53,040 nucleotides of DNA from a virus (lineage: Duplodnaviria; Caudoviricetes). This document shows, piece after piece, positions 38,901 through 48,920 of this stretch. A program made the position numbers and the translations under genes. Location: positions 1 through 53,040 of the IMG/VR virus record IMGVR_UViG_3300017962_000016. The stretch is one strand, 5' to 3'. The first letter of the stretch is position 1. Each line of letters begins with the position of its first letter. A model generated the notes under the pieces. It was not told where the DNA came from. It made no database searches and saw only the letters and a list, made by a program, of their open reading frames with translations.

Positions 38901-40567
38901 GATGGGATAAATTTAGAGAGATTTTTTGGGGTAGGGACCTTACATCTTTTCAACATGGTGGCTTGGAGTTTAAGGGGGTTGTTGAGAGAACAAAAATCTT
39001 TTTGACAAAGATAGTTCAAGTCTTTGGGGAATATATCCCCGAAAAGGAACAAGGTACTTGGCAACAAGAGTTAGATGGAATCCTTGCAAAGACCTATACG
39101 GGGGCGTACGCCACAAGACGCGGGAGATTTGAGCCTGACTATACAGGAGAAACAACCAACACTCCAATTCCTATTGTACAAGTGCCTTTTGATGCAGGCT
39201 ATTTGTTGGACGGGGGGTTTTCTGACATAGAGAGTATCGCCATAGGGGAAAGAATCATTATGGCGACCTTTGATCAAATGTTGGATTTCATTAAGACAAA
39301 GTTTGAGTTTGTGTCTAAGGCGATTGACAAAGAAATGCTAGATGGGTTCAAAACAGACTTGAGGACAAGACTCGTAGATCCCAATGTTTCTTTTGAGGAT
39401 ATTCAAGAAGATTTTCGTGCGACAAGGAAAGCACTTGTCACCTCTATGTATGACTTTTGGATAAGTTATTTTCAAACAGCGAATTTCTCCTCCATATTTG
39501 GCTATGGCAAAGATGAATCCTACGACAAAGCCGCAAAATCAATATTGTACAACTACGACAACAGCTCGGTCGATATGGCTATCCCCCAAAAGCAAGAAAT
39601 AGAAAACCTAGACAATGCGGGGGAATGGTATTACTCCCCTGTTCTTCCTGTGTCGGATAACAAGGGTTTTGAACATTTTGGAACATACGCCTATGGGCGA
39701 GATTTCAATCTTCGTTCTTTCTCTCAAGTTCTCGCCACCACTCCTGATTATTGGGCAAACTTGAATCCCGAACAGATGTTTGATTTCGTATATGCTCTCG
39801 CAGAGGCACAAGATCCCGAAACGGCTATTTCGGATATATTCCTTGCAAACAGCAATATTTCTCAAGAGGCTCAGGTTTCAGGGAATACAAGATTAGGTCT
39901 TGCAGAGGTTTTGGCACAGAGTATCACCGATAATCCCTCCACTGTCGCAACAATGGATGGTGGGATACCTCAAGAATTAAAAGAGGCTTTGGACAATGGC
40001 ACTCTTACGGGAGAAAAGATTCTTACATACGCTAAGTCGAGCCCCACACAAGAAGGTCAAGTGGCGGCGATGTTTCAGCTTCAATTTGCGAATGATATCC
40101 TAAAACTGACGACCGAGTATGGTTCGGACTATGGGGTTTCTACGGAGAATGTTCCTATTTCTCTTGCTCAACTAGACAAAGAATATGCTCCTTTCCAATG
40201 TAGTGGTGCAGCGGGATCGGTCGCCCTTGATAAGAGTTATGGTTTCCAAGTCACAAACCAAGTCCTCAGCTCTGATCTCAATATCGCAGATTATGTGAAA
40301 GGGGAATCTACACTACAACTCCAAGATTGGAGATTACGACAAGAGGCTCTACGAGGCAATCCTGTTCCTGATGGCTCAAGTGGTGTCACTCTCCAAAATG
40401 GATGGGAGGCTCTTTCTGATTTTGGATCTCTTTTCGGTGGTGCAGATGTTGAAGGTTCTATTCTTGAACAGGGTTCTGTTTTGGGAGAAGATATCGGAAA
40501 TGCTATCCAAGAGGGCATTGAACAATTCAATGCAATTGGAGCAGAAGAAGATGAAGAAGATAACTAA
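35951..40567 (+). CDS. baseplate hub protein (gp27-like) with a large insertion
   Basis: VFHGVV, FEFYIDMNGDYVFKPP, KYGWR, GSVSIPLRPEMKLGFPVY..YYVNSISHSF. Confidence 0.75.
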   Translation: MSIHKRPFAGTWTKTVQNKEIRRLVPDMIVKFNGETSYPSCAGCSGNIDLQDLITSVTVSNSTDTSPANVSISMSIPTNRYACLFRDNKFVLHPGIEVHIYMRGFFSTQELVKAQGDTSESDIPMKPYYQVFHGVVTETSFSFGGGFYECSMSAADLFHFWQYQNINTNPSALGSKVSGDRTRMNFVGGKHVRQNAYSVIFDLYSSKHGDAGAQDFVLGDFTNIGIKSDLYQDSFWDVTGWYWAKRFQQPMSKLKMYGADGRQFTTLEQLAVADPALVKDEGLAKNASSWLSLGEGKGDSKFRISKLLGVLRAANPNYAFPTSSLFYVQQSAFALYKDGSYQGDQGLGGDNIAAQTAFAQELSSMGQVNIFEAQVTTKMDIASTVCTESGFEFYIDMNGDYVFKPPLYNLDTSDSRVYTIKAIDIISFDNTESEPTATVMKGTGGYFANWGSLLGSEYENRGMYVDWKLVAKYGWREADFSTTFFTDPKSIYYACINRLYLENKEVQSGSVSIPLRPEMKLGFPVYIEPFDCFYYVNSISHSFSFGGECTTDLGLIAKRAKFFPPMVVKDDQIPTLNDIDLENIYRASRPLYTRNNEGLPKLMGLPNVVMALDVHLLNPLWVASGEITAEVMGSALNLKGSSAGGNKNQEQTRVFLQALAEEGLISLGQSSTDGFTDTVFFYDQSGIPSESLTFSQVEEIFAILFVATERARETTSSWNRGETSSYMQLYKDSPELFSNNLSGSNMVDQDLFYKDEEHIRDDLQVVQAKFNQRNNFLGKSVFTLFLATLDRYRETKLNTPFGKDRTPIQNYLSAMSFMKSSFRPDDMQPGAYRYYTDAIPKTHPNYAMFQGQSQVYESRVYIDGKIEVTNTLLAPQKLKTPLATTKVLPNGDGTLRISVPNRDPKTNGNDPIYLTEYGIKVLVPRGTTDADKFPPIEGSSEYYKAIPTSQIRTIMFAIPRAGRGQHFLKYEFKSLSILATAESRWDKFREIFWGRDLTSFQHGGLEFKGVVERTKIFLTKIVQVFGEYIPEKEQGTWQQELDGILAKTYTGAYATRRGRFEPDYTGETTNTPIPIVQVPFDAGYLLDGGFSDIESIAIGERIIMATFDQMLDFIKTKFEFVSKAIDKEMLDGFKTDLRTRLVDPNVSFEDIQEDFRATRKALVTSMYDFWISYFQTANFSSIFGYGKDESYDKAAKSILYNYDNSSVDMAIPQKQEIENLDNAGEWYYSPVLPVSDNKGFEHFGTYAYGRDFNLRSFSQVLATTPDYWANLNPEQMFDFVYALAEAQDPETAISDIFLANSNISQEAQVSGNTRLGLAEVLAQSITDNPSTVATMDGGIPQELKEALDNGTLTGEKILTYAKSSPTQEGQVAAMFQLQFANDILKLTTEYGSDYGVSTENVPISLAQLDKEYAPFQCSGAAGSVALDKSYGFQVTNQVLSSDLNIADYVKGESTLQLQDWRLRQEALRGNPVPDGSSGVTLQNGWEALSDFGSLFGGADVEGSILEQGSVLGEDIGNAIQEGIEQFNAIGAEEDEEDN

Positions 40568-40590
40568 TCATTCTATATCGGAAACAGAGT

Positions 40591-41667
40591 ATGAGTTTTG
40601 ATTTTCAAATAGGGTTTCCTTGCCCACATTTAATCCAAGAAGAACGAGTGCCATTGGACTCGGATCGGATGGGTATGCTCATCTCTCAACCTGTCGCCTC
40701 TACGGGTACGGTTCAGGTTCTAGTGGATGACAAGTATCTTGTTCCTCCAAGTGGATTGCACACACAAGCCTTCTTGCAAAGCAGCCTTTCGGGTGGCTAC
40801 CGAATACCAAAGTACGAAACAACACTTGTGGTTTCTTCTAACACAGAAACACATACCATTGAGTTGCCCGTATCTAAGTCTATCTCTACGAACAATCTTG
40901 TGGATATTCTCAACGCCCATTTCAAAAACATAGAGGCGACCAACTATGAGGGATATCTTGTATTTGTTGAAAGACAATCGAGAGGAGGAGAGAGTCGTAT
41001 AAAAATAACAGGGAGTGCTCGTCAAGCATTGGGTTTTGATTTCTGTTCTACGGCAAAGGGCAAGACACTCTATCCCGCTTGGCGAATGGAACGAGTTCCA
41101 AATAAAATCAATGAGCGATATCCTAAGTTCGTACAGCCTTTGAAGAATAATCCAATTCTCAAGGTGACCTACTCTACTCCAGCGGAGAGATGTTTGCGTT
41201 GTGGTGCGACCTATGTGGAGAACGATTTTCGAGTAGACTCCAATGGAGAGCTGCAAACCATAACGGACGAGAACTTGCTCTACCAAATATGTTTGAAAGC
41301 CTTGCTGACAAAGAAAGGTTCAAATCCTTTTTTCAGATTCTATGGGACAGGCTTGTTGGATGCCATTGGTTCAAAGGCTCTTATGGGGGTTCAAAACTTT
41401 TTGCGATTTGAGATCAATGATGCCTTACGGATTGTTCAGAAAGCCCAAACATCCCAAAGCAAATACCAAACGGTCACTCAAAAAGAGAGATTGCTGAATG
41501 TTCTCAATGTTACGGTCATTCCACACGAGAATGATCCTACCGCTTTCTTGATTGAGGTGACCGTACAGAACGCCTCTCAACAACCTATATCATTGTCGAT
41601 AGTCTATACCGCCCCAAGTGCAATAGCACTTGCTGGAACAAATGGATTGTCGCTTGGAGTACGATAA
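40591..41667 (+). CDS. baseplate wedge protein with a C-terminal gp25-like domain
   Basis: LYQ..KALLT.KGSNPF..YGT.L..IG.K...ERL..V..V.V. Confidence 0.75.
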   Translation: MSFDFQIGFPCPHLIQEERVPLDSDRMGMLISQPVASTGTVQVLVDDKYLVPPSGLHTQAFLQSSLSGGYRIPKYETTLVVSSNTETHTIELPVSKSISTNNLVDILNAHFKNIEATNYEGYLVFVERQSRGGESRIKITGSARQALGFDFCSTAKGKTLYPAWRMERVPNKINERYPKFVQPLKNNPILKVTYSTPAERCLRCGATYVENDFRVDSNGELQTITDENLLYQICLKALLTKKGSNPFFRFYGTGLLDAIGSKALMGVQNFLRFEINDALRIVQKAQTSQSKYQTVTQKERLLNVLNVTVIPHENDPTAFLIEVTVQNASQQPISLSIVYTAPSAIALAGTNGLSLGVR

Positions 41668-44600
41668 TGACACCCACTATATTAGGCTTCGATGGAGCAT
41701 ACCGAGAAAAGTTTATCTACAACACAACACTCTCCGAGCAATTCTTATCGGGAATACTCCCTCCCAATACAATAGATGTGCAAGTATCTGTTAGAGGTTC
41801 GTCTTTTGTGGCAGATCCTGACCTTATTGTCTTTGAGGATTCTTCTTGGTCTTTTCCAAATCCTAGTGTCTATCCTGAGGGATTTGAGCTGGTTGATGGT
41901 GTCAATACCATTTTGATTCGGGCTATTTTGTCGAATGGAGATGTGACACCCCCTTGTGAAATACACATCACCTATTCAAAAGAAGCGAGTGTTTCCGTCG
42001 TTGGACAACCTCCAACGAACATCTCCCTTGAAAAGTTCGACACACACATTGAGGTGTTCTGTGATGGTGTCGATTCACCCTATGTCGTTGGCTACAACTT
42101 TTATGCCTCATTGGATTCAGGGGGTGGTGCATCAGGATACATTCGTGTCAATCTGAACCGAGTTATCTCAGGAATATCCCTACAAGAAGAAACCGAAATC
42201 ACATCCATTGAACTTGATGAGGACATCCTTTTGAATGATGAGGGAAATCATGTCACCGATCCCTTGTTTTTTGGCATCGCCTCCCAACAGAGAACACAAC
42301 TAGGCGAGATTCTCCAACAGAAGTTGGTTTCCCTCTCAGAGATTCCTGAAACAACCAAGACCATTCGAGCTTCCGTTTCTATCAAGGCACTTGATACTAA
42401 ACAACGATTCTCTTTCAAGCATTTCAGAAAGGCAGGTCGGAGTTCTTCTCCTGCGACCGTTCCAAATGGTTCTTTTTCTTCTTTGTCTGTGACCGATCCT
42501 ATTTACTATGTGGCGACATCTGTCTTTTATGATCCGACACTCAATCTTCAATTTGAGAGTCCTTTCTCCGCAGAGGTGGTTGGGAAACCTTTGAGTATCA
42601 CAACAAGTGTTGCCAATCTCCCACAGGTCACTCGACAAGATGTTCGAGATAATTTCATCTCAAGTATTTTGAGAACCCAACCCAATCTCCGAGTTGAGCC
42701 AAATTCTGTCATTTCGGACACGGTCATCCAACCTTTCGCCTCAGAGGTGGAGAGAATGAGATTCATCTTGGATTTCATACATCGTTCTCAATCTTTGGCG
42801 ACACTCCTTGTCTTAGATGATCCAAATAATACAGGGGAATCACAAGAGGTCAATCAATCTCTATACAAGAGAGCCTTGCAGACCGCTTTCAATCTCCGTA
42901 TTCCATCTCAAGTTCAGACAATGATCAATCAGATGTTTGACCAAAGAGCTCAGAACTTTGGTGTCATTCGGCACAATGGTCGTAACGCCATTGGGAGAGT
43001 GACCGTATTCACAAGAACAAGACCAACACAAACAATCTATCTTCCAAGTGGAACTCCTTTACAAGGAGGGGGTGTTTCCTTTCGTACAACTCAGAATGTG
43101 AATATGTTTGTGGATCAACTTGCGACCTACTATAACCCTGTTTCAAAAGTGTGGGAGATAGACATCACCGCCGAAGCTGTGGAATTGGGTGCAAAGGGAA
43201 ATGTTTCTTCGGGAGTGATTTCTTCCATAGCGGCAAGGAGTTTGAGTGTCACAAACAAAGCCGCTTTCTTTGGAGGACAAGACGAAGAAACCAACGCACA
43301 ACTTGCTCGAAGAACAATGAACGCATTGGCGAGTGTTGATACAGGAACAGAGCGAGGCTATCTACAACTTGCCGCTGACATTGTGGGAGTGCGTAATGTG
43401 GAGATTGTTCCATCAGGTCACGACCTAATGCAGAGAGATTTGGATGAGAACAATGTACATCGTGGTGGAAAAGTGGATATTTGGATTCGAGGGGAGAATC
43501 TCTCTAGGGTTACGGACACTTTCGCCTTTGAATATAAACTCGCAAAAGACATCCAATTTGAGGTAGTGGGTTCTCCAGCCAATCTTATTTTCCGAGCTGG
43601 TGATTCTGAACTTTCTGAGGAATCTCCCATCCTTGAGATGTTGGACAATGAAGAAGCGGGATTCTCTTTCCGTAATGCAAGCACAGGAGAAACCTTTGAT
43701 TTGACAGGTGTGAAGATTCTTTCGTACAACACCATTCAACTTTCGTCAGATGTGGTACAACCAAGTGTTTCCTATGGGCATCTCCTCTTTGGAGATTACA
43801 GGCGACAAGAGGGTTCTGAGTTTTTATTGACACGACAACCTCCAAAAGAAATCGTTTCGGTTCAAGGAACAATCAGTGGAATCTTGCCTACGAGTGCTTA
43901 CGACCTTATCATTCCAACCGCACCTTTGGCGGAGGGCTACTCTACAAAGACCAATGCGCTCTTGAAAATCAATGGCTATACAAATGACGAGGGGAACAGA
44001 GTTCCCTCAGGGCAACCTCTCTTTGCGACAGACGAAGAACATACCTTGCTAGGCAACTATTCAGAGTATGTTGGCAATCTTGGTGCAGATCCACTCACAT
44101 TGGTCGTAAAAAGCCTAGATGGACTAATCACCTACCGATCTCCAAGTCACCCAAGTGGCATTTCCGATTACACTTTCGTTTTGGGAGATGGTGTCACTCC
44201 TCTTGGTATCAAACGAACGGACAATAGTGAAATCAAGTCAGGAGAAACAGTTCTATTCTCTTATCAATACGATGAAGCCTTTACGGTCACCTACACTGTC
44301 AATTCTTCTTTGAAAGCAATCCAAGACAAGGTTGATGAAATGAAACACATCACCGCCGATGTGTTGGTGAAAGGTGCGATTGAGGTACCAATTGATCTTG
44401 AAATGACAGTCGCACTTGTCACAGGGGCAGATCCAGCTTCCGTAGATAGATCTGTACGAACGAACCTACAAAACTTTTTCAACAACTTGAATATGGGAGA
44501 TCCCATTCGTCAATCGGATATCATTGAGGTTGTGGATTCTGTGAGTGGTGTTTCTTATGTTGTTGTTCCTCTCTCAAGGATGACTCGACAAGAAAATGCC

Positions 44601-45173
44601 CTTGTGGTTCGAGAGTTATTGGCAACCTCTCAGATCAATGATTCATTGTTATTGCCTCAACTCTCAACGGCAAAGGCATCTGTTTATCTGATACAAGATC
44701 CATTGGATTTTGCGACCTACGACACAGGCGGTGTCGGTGAAGATTTTCGAGGTGTCTTTATAGACGATTCTCTATTGGTAAATGTAGATAGATTGACATC
44801 CACCGCAGAGAATGTTCTTGCTGCCTCAGCGCTCTCTACTGCACCGAATCGTTCTTTCATTATTGGGGATGGTGGTGCTGTTATTTTGGGATACACAGAC
44901 GACCAAACACTCATTGATCAAGGGTATGTGGATATCTATGACCGTCAAGAAAGAAGAAAAGAACTGACAAAAAACCGAGTGATGGTTTCTTTGGCACCCA
45001 GCGATGATATTCAACTCCGAAATCTGAAAGCGACTTATTATGTTGCTTACGATTCGGCGGTGAAGAATCTTGATCCAATCAATGCGGAATACCATACACT
45101 AGGCAATCTGACAATCACCTACGATGAAGATGTAGCCCTTCAAACTAGGAACATATCGAGAGGAACATACTAA
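41667..45173 (+). CDS. baseplate J-like wedge protein
   Basis: AIGRVTVF...G..GNV...VTN..AFFGGQDEETN..L..R; C-terminal LNMGDPIRQSDII.VV..VSGV.YV. Confidence 0.85.
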   Translation: MTPTILGFDGAYREKFIYNTTLSEQFLSGILPPNTIDVQVSVRGSSFVADPDLIVFEDSSWSFPNPSVYPEGFELVDGVNTILIRAILSNGDVTPPCEIHITYSKEASVSVVGQPPTNISLEKFDTHIEVFCDGVDSPYVVGYNFYASLDSGGGASGYIRVNLNRVISGISLQEETEITSIELDEDILLNDEGNHVTDPLFFGIASQQRTQLGEILQQKLVSLSEIPETTKTIRASVSIKALDTKQRFSFKHFRKAGRSSSPATVPNGSFSSLSVTDPIYYVATSVFYDPTLNLQFESPFSAEVVGKPLSITTSVANLPQVTRQDVRDNFISSILRTQPNLRVEPNSVISDTVIQPFASEVERMRFILDFIHRSQSLATLLVLDDPNNTGESQEVNQSLYKRALQTAFNLRIPSQVQTMINQMFDQRAQNFGVIRHNGRNAIGRVTVFTRTRPTQTIYLPSGTPLQGGGVSFRTTQNVNMFVDQLATYYNPVSKVWEIDITAEAVELGAKGNVSSGVISSIAARSLSVTNKAAFFGGQDEETNAQLARRTMNALASVDTGTERGYLQLAADIVGVRNVEIVPSGHDLMQRDLDENNVHRGGKVDIWIRGENLSRVTDTFAFEYKLAKDIQFEVVGSPANLIFRAGDSELSEESPILEMLDNEEAGFSFRNASTGETFDLTGVKILSYNTIQLSSDVVQPSVSYGHLLFGDYRRQEGSEFLLTRQPPKEIVSVQGTISGILPTSAYDLIIPTAPLAEGYSTKTNALLKINGYTNDEGNRVPSGQPLFATDEEHTLLGNYSEYVGNLGADPLTLVVKSLDGLITYRSPSHPSGISDYTFVLGDGVTPLGIKRTDNSEIKSGETVLFSYQYDEAFTVTYTVNSSLKAIQDKVDEMKHITADVLVKGAIEVPIDLEMTVALVTGADPASVDRSVRTNLQNFFNNLNMGDPIRQSDIIEVVDSVSGVSYVVVPLSRMTRQENALVVRELLATSQINDSLLLPQLSTAKASVYLIQDPLDFATYDTGGVGEDFRGVFIDDSLLVNVDRLTSTAENVLAASALSTAPNRSFIIGDGGAVILGYTDDQTLIDQGYVDIYDRQERRKELTKNRVMVSLAPSDDIQLRNLKATYYVAYDSAVKNLDPINAEYHTLGNLTITYDEDVALQTRNISRGTY

Positions 45174-46444
45174 TGAGTAATCCTTTCAAGACAGGACTCC
45201 CACAGAATCCAAGCCCCTTAGAGGAGGAGGGTCACGAGTACGAGAAGAAAGTTCAAGAAGAAACCGAGTACATTATGCAAAGGTTTCTTCGGATGCTACC
45301 GAGCAACTATGTCGCTCAGAAAACAGGACCTTTCTACACACTACAATTCAAGGCTATGGCAGAATCATTGGCGAGGGTTCAAATATCTGCACAGAGTGTT
45401 GGCTTGGATACTCTCTATGGATTCACAAGGTCGGAGTTTATGTGGAGTTTGTTGGGTTCAATGGTCTTTCCTAAAATAGACGAGAACTTACTCCAGCCCC
45501 CAATCGTTGATGGGGATGTGGCTTACAGAGATTTCTTGCAAAGAATGGTTGTGCTTCTCATACAAGGTTCTACTAAGAAAACCATTGAGGAGGGTGCGGG
45601 GTTATTGACAGACGCAGATATGACCGTAATAGAAAAATCCGTTGCGAGTCACATTGAGAATTCTGCGTGGGGCTTTGACGACCAATACACCTTTGAGATC
45701 AATGTGGAGAAAGATGGGGGAACATCTTTTCCAAAGAATCCTTTCGAGCTCCATTACAATGTGTCGGTCATCCTAGACGCACTCAAACCCGCTCATACAC
45801 TCTTTGAATATCGCCATGTGTTTCGAGAGGTCTTTGGGTACCTCTTTCAAGATGAGATGTTCCTACAACAAGATATGTACTACTATGACGATATCCGAAA
45901 GTTCTGTTTGGGAGTGAAGAACATTGTGGGAGATGGAGTAGTGTTGTCCGACAGACATTATCTATCAGATCCCAATAGGTCTTTCTCAAATGTGCAAGTG
46001 GGTGCGATTCTATATGTAGATAACAAACCCTATGAGGTGTCCTCTGTCAAATCTATTCTTGTTGGAGATGAAGAAACAGCTCGATACTATACAACAAGTC
46101 CAACGGGATTGAGTGGGTATGCCTCTGTGAGTGGAGATGTCTTGACAGACACTTGCCAAGATTGGTCATTGGCAACGGAGGGAGAAATCTTGACCTTTCA
46201 AGAGGGTGTCAATATGGAAGCCTCCTATCGACTCCAAGATGTTCTTGGATCAAATGGAGGGAGTGTTGGCTTTGTGAATGGCGGTGGAACACAAGTTCGA
46301 GTTGCACCAAGCATCGTACAATTGAAAGAAAGACTCCCTGTGCCCGCTGGTACTGTGTCATATAATATGACAATTGATAGATTAGGTGTCCAAGAAACAA
46401 AGGTTGTGGTGTCAGAAAACGCCTCGCTACAGTGTTATCTTTGA
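45173..46444 (+). CDS. baseplate wedge protein (P2 gpI/T4 gp7-like)
   Basis: YRDFL.....L.QGST....I; LKPAHTL; follows baseplate J. Confidence 0.65.
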   Translation: MSNPFKTGLPQNPSPLEEEGHEYEKKVQEETEYIMQRFLRMLPSNYVAQKTGPFYTLQFKAMAESLARVQISAQSVGLDTLYGFTRSEFMWSLLGSMVFPKIDENLLQPPIVDGDVAYRDFLQRMVVLLIQGSTKKTIEEGAGLLTDADMTVIEKSVASHIENSAWGFDDQYTFEINVEKDGGTSFPKNPFELHYNVSVILDALKPAHTLFEYRHVFREVFGYLFQDEMFLQQDMYYYDDIRKFCLGVKNIVGDGVVLSDRHYLSDPNRSFSNVQVGAILYVDNKPYEVSSVKSILVGDEETARYYTTSPTGLSGYASVSGDVLTDTCQDWSLATEGEILTFQEGVNMEASYRLQDVLGSNGGSVGFVNGGGTQVRVAPSIVQLKERLPVPAGTVSYNMTIDRLGVQETKVVVSENASLQCYL

Positions 46445-46492
46445 TAATCTCTTTATATCTCCTTTGTCATAGAAATGTACTTTGGAGATTAT

Positions 46493-47545
46493 ATGACTGC
46501 TGTCTCTCGTATTGCTGATAGATATATGATTCGTAAGGCTTGCGAAATTGCCTATTCGGATATTTCAAACATAAGAACGGCATCTTTGAATAAGAGTGCT
46601 CAACGAGTTCGTAGAGAGTTCTCTGTGGAACTCCTAGAAGCCTTCGCCTCTCCTATTATGGGGAGAATCGCAGGATTGGGCATTGGCATTAAAGACATCA
46701 CCAAGAAAGTGAAAGACATTTGGGGGGCTTTCAAGCAAGCCCCTAAATATTGGGAAGAATTTAAGAAAATGTTGGGTATCAAATCGACCTCTCTCATTGG
46801 ATTGGTTGCCGAGTTGCCAAAAAAGGTGTGGAACTTTTTCAAACAAGGAGGCAAGTCTTTGATCTCTTTTGGGAAAGGACTCGCAAAGCAAATCGGGGAT
46901 TTTGCAAAGGTGTTCTCTGCTGTCAGCGGTCAAACAGCTCTTTTCAATCAAGTGGTGGAGAAAGGAACCTCTTTGGCGACCAACTCTACAGTGTATCAAG
47001 AAAAGGTCAAGCCTCTCCTCGATAAGGCGAAAGCCTTTGCTCAAAAGTTTATGGGCAAGTTTGGTGGTAATGGCAACGGAAAAATCACTGAGTTTTTCAA
47101 GAATGTCATTCAGACTTTCCTAGATGGCAAACTTTCAAACCTTGTGGGAACACCTCTCAAAGCCTATGTTTTCTTCAACATTTGGATCAATGTGACCGAG
47201 ATTTCTTGGGATTTCACAGGCATCGCCAAAGGGATGTTGGGTTTGATTTCTTGGAGAGAACTTTTCGCCTCTCTACCTGAGAGTGGTGTTGGGTTGATTA
47301 TCTCCATCTTTTTGGGTGCCGCCTTTCCAAGTATCACATTGTTCGGTCCTGCAGCGGGTTCCCTTCTCACAAAGATCACAGGGAATTGGTTGATGTTCAT
47401 CGCCCCTGTTTTTCAGATTATAATTCTTGCTAAGAACAAGCTCATTGAGTTTGGGAAATCTGCTATCAAGTTCTTTTGGGACAAGATGGGAGTAGATAAT
47501 TGGAAAGAGCAAGGGCTTCCTGAGGTCATTCCATTAAAGGGCTAG
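46493..47545 (+). CDS. basic protein with C-terminal membrane segments
   Basis: GGAG RBS; N-terminal SRIADRY; hydrophobic helices in the C-terminal third. Confidence 0.65.
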   Translation: MTAVSRIADRYMIRKACEIAYSDISNIRTASLNKSAQRVRREFSVELLEAFASPIMGRIAGLGIGIKDITKKVKDIWGAFKQAPKYWEEFKKMLGIKSTSLIGLVAELPKKVWNFFKQGGKSLISFGKGLAKQIGDFAKVFSAVSGQTALFNQVVEKGTSLATNSTVYQEKVKPLLDKAKAFAQKFMGKFGGNGNGKITEFFKNVIQTFLDGKLSNLVGTPLKAYVFFNIWINVTEISWDFTGIAKGMLGLISWRELFASLPESGVGLIISIFLGAAFPSITLFGPAAGSLLTKITGNWLMFIAPVFQIIILAKNKLIEFGKSAIKFFWDKMGVDNWKEQGLPEVIPLKG

Positions 47546-47598
47546 ATCAATAACTCTTTTATATGAATCAATAAGAGAAAATCTATTGGAGAAAAGAA

Positions 47599-48900
47599 AT
47601 GCGAAATAAAAAAGTTGCTCGCCAAAATGATTGCACCTTGAACAAGGTAGAAATTGTAGATAATCGTGCGATTCCTGATAAGGATATGAAAATCGTTTTA
47701 GAGGATTTGGGTTTTGCCTCCCTTGAAGATATTCACGATCAAACAATCCTTGATCCTTTCAATGAACTTGTTGGATTTCTTGATACCTTAGAAGAAATAG
47801 CGAAGAACTTACGAGAGGTCGTTGATGATAGTAATTCTTCTCGACCAAAGGGAAAAGCACTCACAAGTACTCGTGATCAACTCACCACTTTGATTGAGGA
47901 TATTGATGCGAGTGAGAGCACTCTTTCTGTTGCACTAGAGGATTTGAATGATGTCTTTGACGATACATCTATGTCTTTCTCCGAAATTATTTCAGCCTTT
48001 GATGAATCCGTAAAAGGGTTGCTTTCTGTGACAGAAGAACCAATGGTTTTTTCAATCTACAAAGATCCCGCGTTTCAAGCCCAAATGGAAGCTCGTAGAA
48101 TGGAACTTGAGTCGAGCATTGATCAAGGAGAAGCCGATCTTGAGCAAGCCGAAAACGATTACTTTCAAGTTTTGGAACAAATCCGAGCTTTCTATGAGAG
48201 AAAAAGTGGGAATCTCTCCTCCTTAGAACAAGAATTGGTTGATAAGATTCGCCAATTGAAAAAGATGAGAGGGAAAGCATCAAAAAGACAGAGAGCCCTT
48301 TACAATAGACAACGCCGAGAGTTGAATGAACAATTGAAAACTTTCCAACAGACTATGGATCTTGGAAATCTCAGACAAGAACAAGAAAACCTTTGGCAAG
48401 AAATGGAAGATCTTGAAAATGAGGTTGAGGCACAGAAAGACGAGTTGTTGAATGGTGATGAAATGAGAGCCTCAAGGGGTTCAAGAGGTGTGTTCTTGTT
48501 GGAGAATCATTACAGCACTCTCAATGCCACTATGATAGAGCTCGGTAGCGCCCTTGAAAAGATGTTGGAGTTGGAGAAAGCAGGGAGTGTCAAGAAAATA
48601 GATATCCCATATCTTGATGCCGCTTGTCTATTGCTCCACACCGAAAGCAAGATCAAGCCAAAAATGGTACAAGATTTCTTACAAAATTCCCTCTTAGGAA
48701 ATGGTTGTATGACTCGTAAAGAGTGGAGTGACAACAAATTCTTCAATGAAAAGACTTGGAAAAACCTCGCAAAGGAAATGGCAAACAAGTATGGCAAGAA
48801 ATACGGAGATGTTTCTGTGGTCGTTGATGGTATTAAGGCAGCAGCTTTCTCTAACAAGTTGCCAAGAGATTTTGCTAAGTTCTTGGTGGGTAAACTTTAA
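47599..48900 (+). CDS. coiled-coil hypothetical protein
   Basis: E/Q/L-rich heptads; GGAG RBS. Confidence 0.75.
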   Translation: MRNKKVARQNDCTLNKVEIVDNRAIPDKDMKIVLEDLGFASLEDIHDQTILDPFNELVGFLDTLEEIAKNLREVVDDSNSSRPKGKALTSTRDQLTTLIEDIDASESTLSVALEDLNDVFDDTSMSFSEIISAFDESVKGLLSVTEEPMVFSIYKDPAFQAQMEARRMELESSIDQGEADLEQAENDYFQVLEQIRAFYERKSGNLSSLEQELVDKIRQLKKMRGKASKRQRALYNRQRRELNEQLKTFQQTMDLGNLRQEQENLWQEMEDLENEVEAQKDELLNGDEMRASRGSRGVFLLENHYSTLNATMIELGSALEKMLELEKAGSVKKIDIPYLDAACLLLHTESKIKPKMVQDFLQNSLLGNGCMTRKEWSDNKFFNEKTWKNLAKEMANKYGKKYGDVSVVVDGIKAAAFSNKLPRDFAKFLVGKL

Positions 48901-48920
48901 TGAATATTAAGGAGCGTATT

